A stretch of 64,000 nucleotides of DNA from Octopus sinensis. Lineage: Eukaryota. The stretch's first letter is position 1. Each line of letters begins with the position of its first letter. The DNA is taken from assembly GCF_006345805.1 (NCBI RefSeq), contig NC_043002.1, forward strand, positions 10,230,001 to 10,294,000, in the 5' to 3' direction. The position numbers were made by a program, and so were the translations under genes. The notes under the pieces are model-generated. The model did not search any database. It saw nothing but the letters and a program-made list of their open reading frames with translations, and was not told the DNA's origin. Positions 53,560 to 64,000 of this stretch are shown piece by piece.

Positions 53560-54520
53560 TTGGAATCCAGATGGAGAATGTAATGATACCTTTGTACTCT
53601 ATGGAGAAGGTGTCAGCAGGTTTGTGATTAACAGATTAAATATATTTGCTACACCTGGATCAACTAGATAGGTCAGAATTTCTCGCGACGTGTCGGCTCC
53701 CCTCGCCACAGCATTCGCTCCGTTCCCCTCGTGCTCTTGCCATTCTCCTCCACGTTGGTCCAAACATTTTTCGTAAATCTTCTTCCTACGTGTTTGGAAG
53801 TCTTCCGAGTGGTCTGTTCCTTTCGCCTGGTTACCACTTGGCAAGCGCACGGGTCCACCGATCGTCTGTAAATCTTGCAACATATCCGGCCTTTTGTAGC
53901 TTTCAGCGGTGGAATTCTGTGACAACATTCTTCACTCCAGTTTTATGTCTGATCTCTTCGGTCCGATATTTCAACGTCTCCCTGCACTCTAAGCAGATGT
54001 TTTCCTCCTCTCTTCGTCAAGACCCAAGTCTCGCATGCGTATAGCGTTGCTGGCAAGACTGTGCTGTTGAAGAGGTTGGCACGAGTTGCCCTGTCTAGGA
54101 TCACCTTCAGCACATGCTTCAACGTGTCGAGTGATTACCATCATGTTCTTACCCTTCCCGAGATCTCATTCTCCATCTCACACATCATAGTCACTTCTTG
54201 AACGTAATACACATAACTGCCCACCTCTTCTATCTCATCGCCTTCGGCTGTTAGACGACCGGCCGTATTACTTGGTGTTCGTAGACTTGATCTTCAGGTG
54301 ACCCCTGAACCCCTTGCATGGTCTGTAGCGGATCGTTGCTCTTCACTATCAGATCTATGTCTTCAGCGACCCTGAGATGGGTGAACGGGCTCTCCGCTTA
54401 TCCTTATACCTCTGTTCAAGTGGATGTCCCGTATGGCTATTTCCAGACACGCCTTGAAAAGCTTAGGACAGATAGTATCTCCTTGCTTGACGCCCTTCCC
54501 ACCAGGAACATTCACTGTTT
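53560..54520 (-). mobile_element. Decayed RTE-clade LINE RT fragment inside intron 2 of copy 3
   Basis: Minus strand reads GDTICPKLFKACLE and GEPFTHLRVAEDIDLIVKSNDPLQTM (RTE RT motifs QGD.ISPKLF and LTHLRFADD); absent from the copy 2 intron. Confidence 0.75.
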
Positions 54521-55167
54521 ATTTACCTCATTCTATTTAATTACATACTTAAAACTTCCTGTATCAACATGACTGTTCTGCTTACGATTCTTTTTACCCA
54601 AATATCCATCCAACTATGTATTTTCTCCGCTCACAACTCTTGGAAGGTTTAGCCATTTACACGTCATGGAAACCAGGAAAACCGTGCCTATGAGTCATAT
54701 GATTTCCGACAGTAAAATTCAGGAGAGATGGGATTGATGATGATGACGATAATATTGACAGACATAGGAACGACGGAATCCTCAATGCAAAGATTTCGTC
54801 GAAATGCTTCCATGAAAGTCAACGGGACAAAAAAGGCAAAGAAGCCCTCTTTGTGGTTTTAAACCAGAATAAAGGTTACGACTGCAACCGACGTAAGCCA
54901 CAGTAAGATTCGAACATGGGACACAATAGGCAGAAGTACCATAATGTACTCGGCAACAAGTATGGCGCATTTCTTAGTATTTCATTTATCGACCGCAGAA
55001 GGATCAAAGACTGCTTGATTGGTATCTTTTGTGGTAGATACAATGTCTTCGTGTCACGTGTCTCATGTTTAGTCACTTAAATTTTGTAATCCTTTTTTAT
55101 GCGTGTGGAATTTACGTAGTGTAATACTTACTGTTTGCCATGTCTCTTACATAGCACATGATATAAT

Positions 55168-55592
55168 AGATCTTTTCAGTTTGAACGGCAGTTTTTAACA
55201 TAATTTCTAGGTAACTAAAAAAATTTTAACTTCGTATACTGATAGAATGTGTTTATAAAACATCTTTTTCTCTTTGCTTTATTGAGAAAATTCTATAGTT
55301 TGTAAGATATTTGTTGTGTTTTTTTCTTCAATTTCTGCAATTTCAACCAATCAATGACGTCTATTGAGGTAAAAAACATTCTGTGCCGTATGAATATGTC
55401 CCTCGTTTAAGAAACAGATTGGGTTTATTTACCTTTGTGAAGAAAAAAAGATACCCTTCCCCCCACTCCTAACCCTAATTCTAACTATAAAACAGATTGA
55501 AATGCAATAGATCGATACTATAGTCATAATTATGGGTGACAATTTCATATGACACCGCTAGAAAAAACTGCCGTTCAAACCGAAAAGATTCG
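55168..55592. mobile_element. Related MITE-like element with about 30-bp TIRs and a cctaaccctaa core
   Basis: gatcttttcagtttgaacggcagttttt ... aaaaactgccgttcaaaccgaaaagatt; shares caaccaatca and ccctaa motifs with the 49811 element. Confidence 0.7.
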
Positions 55593-56175
55593 ATATAACT
55601 ATGTGTCACATTTTCTATGTAACACTTTACACACACACACACACGCACACATACACACACACATATACATATACATAAGAGGTTCTTTTAGACGACTTTC
55701 ATTTGTATATATGAAAAACATGACTTCACAAATACAATTGCACAACATTTTTTGAATATCTGACGAAGCTATAAGGCGATACACTACCAACCAACTATTA
55801 GTGAACTGTATCCCACGGCAAAAACACCTTTAATCTGATGAAGAACATTCCACTAATACTCGTCACCTTCGCAATATATACATACATATATACATACATA
55901 TATATATATATATATATAATTATTATTTGAGGGAATAAATCCAAACTTACAGGGAAAAAATTCAATTTAGAAATACTAAATCAAATTTCACACAATATAA
56001 TATATATGTAAAAATTAGAAAAAAACACCTTTTATCAATTCAAAATGAACAATTAAATTACACCATCTAGAAAATTACATATTATAGGTTTTAAAATATA
56101 TTCTTTTCTAGATGGTATAGGAATATCCTTCAATGATGAATTCCAAAAGAGTGGTTCTATTTTACCTGTATATTG

Positions 56176-56242
<67 letters not shown>

Positions 56243-56253
56243 ATTTCTTTCAG

Positions 56254-56385
56254 ATTGTAAAGACAATCAAGGACAATGTTTGACCGAAGGCTACTTTGTG
56301 CTTGGCTCCTATGACTTTCGTTGCCGAACACTTTACTGCCGAGTACCGACAAGCCAATTCAAAAACTTGACGCGCTATGATCAGA
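56254..56385 (+). CDS. Cys-rich secreted protein, copy 3, coding exon 3 (module 2): YCKDNQGQCLTEGYFVLGSYDFRCRTLYCRVPTSQFKNLTRYDQ
   Basis: Acceptor tttctttcag; 132 nt, phase 1-1; donor A|gtatgt; four Cys conserved in copy 2 (27037-27167). Confidence 0.88.
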
Positions 56386-56665
56386 GTATGTTGGTTCGAC
56401 AATGTTATTCTCTCACATATTTTTCTCGCTTCATCTCCATTTATGTTTCCTACTTTTTTCTACAATATCATTTCAACGCTTCAAAAACAAACTTATCTTT
56501 GTTTACACATGATGGAATCTCTATAAAATCTAGCGTTTATGGATAACTTTACAACTTCTAATAGTGCAGAATTCGCCGGTCGGCAGTTTGGCTTAAAGGG
56601 TAGAACACCCCAACCTGATACTGGAAGGATGTGACTGCTCCTTTTGGCTGGTTGCCGGCAACTTT

Positions 56666-56704
<39 letters not shown>

Positions 56705-56711
56705 ATATATA

Positions 56712-57074
56712 TAGGCGCAGGAGTGGCTGTGTGGTAAGTAGCTTGCTAACCAACCACATGGTTCCGAGTTTAGTCCCACTGCGTGGCATCTTGTGCAAGT
56801 GTCTTCTGCTATAGCCCCGGGCTGACCAATGCCTTGTGAGTGGATTTGGTAGACGGAAACTGAAAGAAGACCGTCGTATATATGTATATATATGTGTGTG
56901 TGTGTCTGTGTTTGTCCCCCTAGCATTGCTTGACAACCGATGCTGGTGTGTTTACGTCCCCGTCACTTAGAATAAGTACTGGGCTTACAAAGAATAAGTC
57001 CCGGGGTCGATTTGCTCGACTAAAGGCGGTGCTCCAGCATGGCCGCAGTCAAATGACTGAAACAAGTAAAAGAG

Positions 57075-57075
<1 letters not shown>
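56712..57075 (+). mobile_element. SINE family C in intron 3 of copy 3
   Basis: Head and tail present, with an internal deletion. Confidence 0.85.
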
Positions 57076-57107
<32 letters not shown>

Positions 57108-57413
57108 CTGAATTCAATTCGTCTCTGGTCGAAAGACGCCTGTTGTTATGTCCTGTTATTATTATTATTGTTTTTTGTATTTATATTCGTATTATATATA
57201 TATATACATGAATGCTTGTATGTATGGTTATATATATGACTGTGTGTTTGTGTTTGCGTATGAATGTGTAGCAAATTTAACTATCTCTTATAATCCTGGC
57301 ATACAACTCATGTTCAGAAAATTTTAAGACTCTTATGGTCGCTATTATTTTCTCAAAAATCAAACAAATCTTCAAAGAAATTTCATATTAACAAATAATG
57401 TCTTATTTTACAG

Positions 57414-57481
57414 TTTGCAGGCTGGATCGTAAGTTTGAAAATGGGAAATATCTTACCTATAGGAAACGATTGGATTGCTAA
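57414..57481 (+). CDS. Cys-rich secreted protein, copy 3, terminal coding exon: ICRLDRKFENGKYLTYRKRLDC*
   Basis: Acceptor tcttattttacag; phase 1; TAA at 57479-57481; AATAAA at 57539-57544. The paralogue at 11985-12052 has the same length, stop position and downstream AATAAA. Joined CDS is 70+126+132+68 = 396 nt = 131 aa plus stop. Confidence 0.82.
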
Positions 57482-57905
57482 AAGAATATTCCATGTTCAG
57501 CACTCTTTAATCTCTAGAGTATTAACAGAATATATATCAATAAAAATATAAGGAGGTACGGAAATCAGCGTTATATATCGAGTAGAATTATTGACTTACC
57601 TTTTCCTGGTATTATACATGTAAAACCTTCTGTTGAAGTGTGAAATACCGCTCTATTTGTTTATACTGATTGCACCAATCAGCATTGATAGACCACTATC
57701 TAGACATTAACATATTAGCACACACACCCACTTACTCACATTCCTGTACATATACATGTATCTATGTATATTTTCTGTGTCCCTTTCTATAGAAGAGCGT
57801 AGGCTCGAAACGTAAAAGACTTTTTCTATTCCTGAGCGTTATAATAATACATCTGTTTGTTTTGTACACCACCTGTCTTCGTCTTTTGCTTTTTTCGTAA
57901 ACACT

Positions 57906-57949
<44 letters not shown>

Positions 57950-57975
57950 GTGTGTGTTTGTATAAGTATCTATGT

Positions 57976-58036
<61 letters not shown>

Positions 58037-59789
58037 TGCGTGACTTGGGTGTTAAAAACGACTACATTGCTAGAAATAATAGCTAAAATGCGCTAATGCT
58101 GTAGTTAACGCTCATAAATGAAAAATATACGTTAACAGGGACCATGATTGTCCGAAAAACACCGATCGAGGAATCTTACAACTAATATCAGTTTCGGCAA
58201 TTTCCGTTACCTCATCAGTTAAGCTAGCTCGGTATTCGACTATTTCCAGACCTGTTTCTCTCTTAGTATACATGCTTTCGTCGTCCACATTTATGGATGG
58301 TTTAACGATTCGCCAATGTGTACACACAAAATTAACACAAGCAACAGGCTGCAATTTTTCTCAGTAAAGGAGATTTATAATTGTCACTAAAAGTGTGTGG
58401 CAGATGTGGAGGCGATGGTTCTGGTATTGTTGTTTAAAATGCAGCTTTGCAATAATTTCCAAGTCGACAAATTATATCATTGATTTGATGAAAATTGTTG
58501 GTTGCTTGAAAAATATTGTCCAAGTTTAATACAATTTAATATTTAGTCAATGCATGAAGTGTAATTGTTGGGCCCATGGCCTAATGAAGATTCCGCCACG
58601 GGAGCTGGCTGTAAAGGTGCCCGACAGGGCAGGTTTTAAGTTAGTAAATAATAAATTATTTTACACATCTGGAGAGAGTGACAAAAAAGAGAGGAAACAA
58701 TATGTTTATTATAAACAACCCCTATCAAAAACTGAAATATGTCATATGAAGAATTCACCGAATTAACGATTATAAATTGTAATGTATATACGAAACTATA
58801 AGCCCCAACGACTTAATGGACGAGAAAACATACCAAAGATTTCGTCCTTCACAAATAATAGAATAATATATGAGACTATTACACGTATAACGGATGTTCC
58901 ATCAGATGAAATTTACGAAGCTCATAAATCACATGTTTTCAAAACAAATCGAGGACAGACACAAAATATAATTTCGAAAATATGTAAACCGCTCAAATTA
59001 TAAGATAAACAACCATGAGTATATCCACCTATAGTATATACATCTGCTTTATCGCGCACGAAGAATTAACAGAATATATACCGTATTTGCTGGATTATGA
59101 GAAGCGTATTTTATTTAAGAACGCATCAAAAGATCGCAGCTGTATTACGGACAGGAGACCGAATGTTGTAACCCTGGAAGTCGGATGAACATAAAACTGG
59201 TAAGCATTATTATTGTTACTGATAATAAAATATTAAGAAAAAAACAAAAACTGTCAGGATCTGTTAGCACAAATTTATAATAGTTGATAAAGTACTGTAG
59301 TTGTTATGTAGAGAAATCATATCATCGCATTATACCTCATTTCTTAGTATACGTAACCAAATTCTGAAATACTTCTGGCATTATTCCAGGACCGTATTAC
59401 ATTTAAGAAACTATTTTAATTTTCAAAATGAAAACTTCTCCGAGAAAGATAAGAGAAACATGTAAATTTAATTCGCCACGTCAACTATTTGCAATGAATA
59501 GATGACAAAACCCCATAGCGATGGTGAGCAGCCCTGATGAATGATTGCGGTTACATAAAATATCATAGATAGAGGTCTGAGTTTTACATCCTATATTTTG
59601 ATGCAAAGGATCATACATTTTCCCTTACGAATCTACTTTAAAATATTTTCCAATAAGTGTATGATGAAACACTAAAGTTCTTTATTCTGGCTAAATTTGG
59701 CACTTTTCAGAACAGGAAAAGAAACCGCAGTATCCCGTCTACAAGTATAATTATCTTTAAAACTAATATCAGCTGGATTATTTCTGAGA

Positions 59790-59960
59790 GATAATAGTTT
59801 CTGCCAAGTTGGTGCACTCAGATTTCATCATGGCATCAAGACGGCTCCGGAATCTGGTGCCTGCCTTCCTCTTTGTTTTCCTAGGAAGACCTTCGAAAGC
59901 CTCGTTCATCTTGGCCACTTACTCGGCCTTGGTATTGCAGGCAAAATATTTAGTGCCTCT
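59790..59960 (-). mobile_element. Tc1/mariner transposase C-terminal fragment
   Basis: Minus strand reads EAFEGLPRKTKRKAGTRFRSRLDAMMKSE, resembling the AC.RFRSRLEAVI C-terminus. Confidence 0.6.
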
Positions 59961-60536
59961 CTAAACTACGCCTCATACATAGTAGTCCATGAGATTATGA
60001 TCGCGGGAATTACGAGACCAGAAATTGGATCTGATGAAGTCGTAGAAATTCTCCGACAACCATTTCTGACATTTTTCATAGATGTCCATATAATGTCTTA
60101 CAGTCTGTACAGTGTTAACAGAGCATTGGGCAAGCTAACATGTGCTCATCTACAACTTTAATTTTTATACTCTCCAACGCCGTTTACAGTTCGGAAATAC
60201 ATGACAGAAAATGGAAAAAATATACCTGTTCCTGTAAAATAGTCATGCATCTTTTACAGAAGAGCATCTTATGTATCAGTATATACTGAAGAATACACAA
60301 ATCGGTCATAAACTGTAAAGAAAATGTGACAAATGCCGAGATAATATTATATAGTTATGTATGGGAAATCTCGGCACAGAAAATACTTAGAACCGCTCAA
60401 ATGATTTGAAATTACACTCTGATATCTTTCCGAGGAACAGGTCATCAGGTTAAGAATGGTTATAAGGGTTACAAGTGAGCAGAGATGGAGACAATGCTAC
60501 ACATAAAAGGATAAAACATTGCATTTAAATACATAC

Positions 60537-60616
<80 letters not shown>

Positions 60617-60648
60617 TATATTATATATATATATATATACATACACAC

Positions 60649-61074
60649 ACATAAATATAAGAGAGTTACCGCTAAGTGGTTAACTCTAGTGCTAAAAATT
60701 AGCTCCTTATTCTGGTATAGCCACCGAAGTTGTTTCCACAAAGAAACAACATTACCTTCAACGTAAGGAAAGTGAAATACAACGAAAAGATAGATTAATG
60801 CTGAACAATTGTTTCTTTATTAATATAATATGCAATTATACTCACATATTTATCTGCTGATGATTTATAGATAAATATGTGAGTATAATTGCATATTATA
60901 TTAATAAAGAAACAATTGTTCAGCATTAATCTATCTTTTCGTTGTATTTCACTTTCCTTACGTTGAAGGTAATGTTATTTCTTTGTGGAAACAACTTCGG
61001 TGGCTATACCAGAATAAGGAGCTATTTCTAGCACTAGAGTTAACCACTTAGCGGTAACTCTCTTATATTTATGT
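60649..61074. repeat. 426-bp near-perfect palindrome (arms about 206 bp, 13-nt spacer)
   Basis: 60649-60855 is the reverse complement of 60869-61074 with about 3 differences seen. Confidence 0.93.
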
Positions 61075-61181
61075 ATAAATTTGTATTGTCTCCCTGGTTT
61101 TTTATGTGCTAAGCCACATTGTGTTAAACTGATGGTGATTAGTGATTATTAAATTAATATCTAATTTTTCACCCTCATTTA

Positions 61182-61239
<58 letters not shown>

Positions 61240-61308
61240 CCACGAGAGCCACCGCCTGGTACTGCGTCAGAACATTATTGTTATTATTTATTATTATTAT
61301 TATTATTA

Positions 61309-61345
<37 letters not shown>

Positions 61346-61924
61346 GGAGGGTTTTTGTATTACTTTATTTTTGAAGCCAATAGATCAATCATTATCGTTC
61401 TGATTAACATTACAGGGATTATATATTAATTTATATTTTGCAGCCACTATTGGCTAGTACATTGTTATAGTAGGAGATTACTTCTCGAAACTTTCTATAG
61501 AGAAAGCGAGGCTAGACATTCTGTTACTAATATTAGCTATCGTTTTTTTTTTATTTAAATGACAGGGTCCTGTCTACTTGCTGTCTACTTGACAAACGAT
61601 ATATGATAAAATCTGTCACGAAGCAGAAATTACTGCAACGCTAGATTATAAAACAATAGATAAGGTCTGTATTGCTTACATGAAGGAGAATTTAAAAACC
61701 GCTAATTCAGTCCACCTTCTGACATGAGGACGAAAGCAAAGCGACTAAGTTTGCTAACCACGTATGGATTTTAAAATGTAATGCAACACCGCATTTGAGT
61801 AAATGGAAAATAATTGAAAAACCCAACCATATGTCAATGCAACTAATAAATGTAAACTATATTCAGACCCATTTCAAGTCTAGAATCCCTAACTCACTAC
61901 TGAACACTGGGCCTGAAATTTTTG

Positions 61925-62540
61925 AGGCGCAGGAGTGGCTGTGAGGTAAGTAGCTTGCTTACCGACCACATGGTTCCGAGTTCGTTCCCACTGCGTGGCA
62001 CCTTGGGCAAGTGTCTTCGACTATAGCCTTGGGCCGACCAAAGTCTTGCGTGTGGATTTGGTAGACGGAAACAGAAAGAAGCCCATCGGATATATGTATA
62101 TATATATATAGTTAATCCAAACAAGAAAACACAAAAAAACACAACAACGAGAGGACGTTGAACAAATATAGTATTATTGGACGCTCAGGAAAGAAGGGAA
62201 GAAGGAGGGTTTAACGTTTCGAGCGGAGCTCTTCGTCGGAAACATAGGAGAAGGAAAGATCCAGAGAAGGGAAGTCAGAGGAAAAAAAATCGCCAACGGT
62301 ACACATGAGGTCACATATATGTATGTGTGTGTGTATGTTTGTGTGTCTGTGTTTGTCCCCCCAACATCGCTTGACAACAGATGCTGGTGTATGTACGTAC
62401 CCGTAACCTAGCAGTTCGGCAAAAGAGAGACCGATAGAATAAGCACTAGGCTTACAATGAATAAGTCCTGGGATCGATTTGTTCGACTAAAGGCGTCGCT
62501 CCAGCATGGCCGCAGTCAAATGACTGAAACAAATAAAAGA
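61925..62540 (+). mobile_element. SINE family C interrupted at its internal microsatellite by a Penelope pLTR-like insert (about 62110-62320)
   Basis: 5' half 61925-62095, 3' half 62340-62540; the insert carries a hammerhead-like motif on the minus strand. Confidence 0.75.
62209..62243 (-). ncRNA. Degenerate minimal hammerhead-like motif in a Penelope pLTR-like insert (related motifs at 57785-57820 +, 13066-13102 -, 33088-33128 -)
   Basis: Minus strand reads GUUU-CCGACGA-A-GAGC-UCC-GCUC-GAAAC-GUU-AAAC. Each related copy carries core substitutions (CUAUAGA, CUGUAGA with CAAA, CUGACAA). Confidence 0.45.
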
Positions 62541-62744
62541 ACATATACAACGTAACAAACTGAGGAAAAGAAAACCTTCAAAGGCGTGTGATAAACATCC
62601 AATTCAGTGGTACTTCAGTTAGATACCATATAATATTGGTATAATTCAATAATAAAGATAAGTTAAATTATAAGGATAAATTAAATATGGAACTGTGATT
62701 ACGTATATCAGAAATATATATATAAGTGCAGACGACTGGCTGGG

Positions 62745-63410
62745 TGGATCCTAAGAACATTCAGAACCAGAGATAAGGAAACCATGATGGTCCTCTGGCG
62801 GACATTCGTCCTCAGTCGCCTGGATTACTGCTCACAGCTATGGTCACCCACCAGTGTAAAATTAACAGCAGACCTTGAAGCAATCCAGAGAAGATTCACA
62901 AAGAAGATCGTCTCTTTGCAACAGCTCAGCTACTGGGAAAGGTTGAAACAGCTAAGACTCTACTCCCTGAAGAGAAGACGGGAGAGGTATGCAGTAATAT
63001 ATGTCTGGAAAATCCTGGAAGGAACTGTGCCAAATTTTGGCATTGTAAGCTACACCAATGCTAGAACGGGACGACACTGCATAGTGCCAAAGATCCCAGC
63101 AATGCCATTACGCTTCAGGACCAGCTTCTGCAACAGCCTAGGTTTCAAGGGCCATAGCTTTTTAATATTCTCCCAAAGAGTCTGAGGAAATTGCACAAAG
63201 TAGATTTAGCGGTTTTAAAATCAAAGCTGGATATCTTCCTGTCAAGAGTCCCAGATGAACCTACCTCACGGCAAGAGGTGCAAATGAGAGTAGCTGTATC
63301 AAACGCCATTCTTCACCAAGTGCCACATATTAGACGAGGTTCGTCGTAATAACAGTGTAGCACAACACGGCGTTGCATCAGCATGGCCGCAGCTCTGAAC
63401 TGAAACTAGA
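62745..63410 (+). mobile_element. CR1/L2-group LINE 3' fragment, same family as 13196-14346, frameshifted
   Basis: ORF 62784-63185 has LWRTFVLSRLDYCSQLWSP...RRRERYAVIYVWKILEG; ends cagcatggccgcagctctgaactgaaac plus an A-run. Confidence 0.9.
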
Positions 63411-63808
63411 AAAAAAAAATTATAAGTCGAAACAATTTGTTGGCCTTTTATGGTTTTCATAATTCTTTAGATTATATAATATTATGTTATGTTATATATT
63501 ATATTTATAGTATTTAATGTAATATTATAATATAAATAAATTACTGGATTGTCAATAGGATATCTCTATATTTAATTGATATATATATATCTATATATGG
63601 AGGGCGTAAAGAGACAGAGAATGATTCACGTAAATCGATAAAAACCTTGGCTCTTAAAGTACAATATGTGTGTGTGTCTGTGTATACATGTAACATGTAA
63701 AAATAGAAAGCAGGCTTAAAGTTTTCAGATGATTAATAAATAGTTATGTATGTATGTATGTATGTATGTATGTATTGTATGTATGTATGTATGTATATGT
63801 ATTTATAC

Positions 63809-63889
<81 letters not shown>

Positions 63890-63928
63890 CATAGATATAT
63901 ACATACGTACATAAATTCATACATACAT

Positions 63929-63963
<35 letters not shown>

Positions 63964-64000
63964 ACTATTTATTAATCATCTGAAAACTTTAAGCCTGCTT

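Larger units (their letters stand above)
44090..57720 (+). repeat. Segmental duplication unit 3 (old LINE block 44090-46900 shared with 340-2900, X'' 47090-56450, T'' 57200-57720)
   Basis: atgcagtt(t/c)aatgctg...aaatttcaaat at about 378 and 44098, with downstream LINE remnants shared; X and T blocks shared. Confidence 0.85.

Noticed and set aside
58554-59003. ORFs loosely resembling a Gypsy/Ginger integrase linker
   Set aside because: No HHCC or DDE motif visible, so the resemblance is too weak to call.
60400-60450. CUGAUGA...GAAA on the minus strand
   Set aside because: Stems I-III do not form, so this is not a hammerhead.

Overview
AT-rich animal (eukaryotic) genomic DNA saturated with (AT)n/(ATAC)n microsatellites and three tRNA-derived SINE families that I recognise as octopus-type, so the source is probably an octopod cephalopod. 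There is one 100-N scaffold gap at 33971-34070. None of the long ORFs in the track is a host gene: they are microsatellite artefacts or fragments of CR1/L2-type LINEs, an RTE LINE, a Penelope element and Tc1/mariner elements. The main hidden signal is a diverged tandem segmental duplication with three units of about 20-25 kb (starting near 3.1, 21.5 and 47.1 kb). Each unit carries a copy of a small spliced plus-strand gene that the ORF track misses. Copy 3 is intact: four coding exons (51215-51284, 52073-52198, 56254-56385, 57414-57481, all joined by phase-1 GT-AG introns) encode a 131-aa protein with a signal-peptide-like N-terminus and 12 Cys arranged in two VWC/FN1-like modules. Copy 2 has exons 1-3 with a 1-nt frameshift, and its last exon is predicted to lie in the gap. 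Copy 1 keeps only the 5' non-coding region and the last exon. The paralogues differ almost only at non-synonymous sites around a fixed Cys frame, as in rapidly evolving toxin, defence or reproductive proteins. The window also holds Penelope-type hammerhead ribozyme motifs (two look intact), a 426-bp near-perfect palindrome, MITEs (one with internal telomere-like repeats) and two unusually conserved non-coding blocks.
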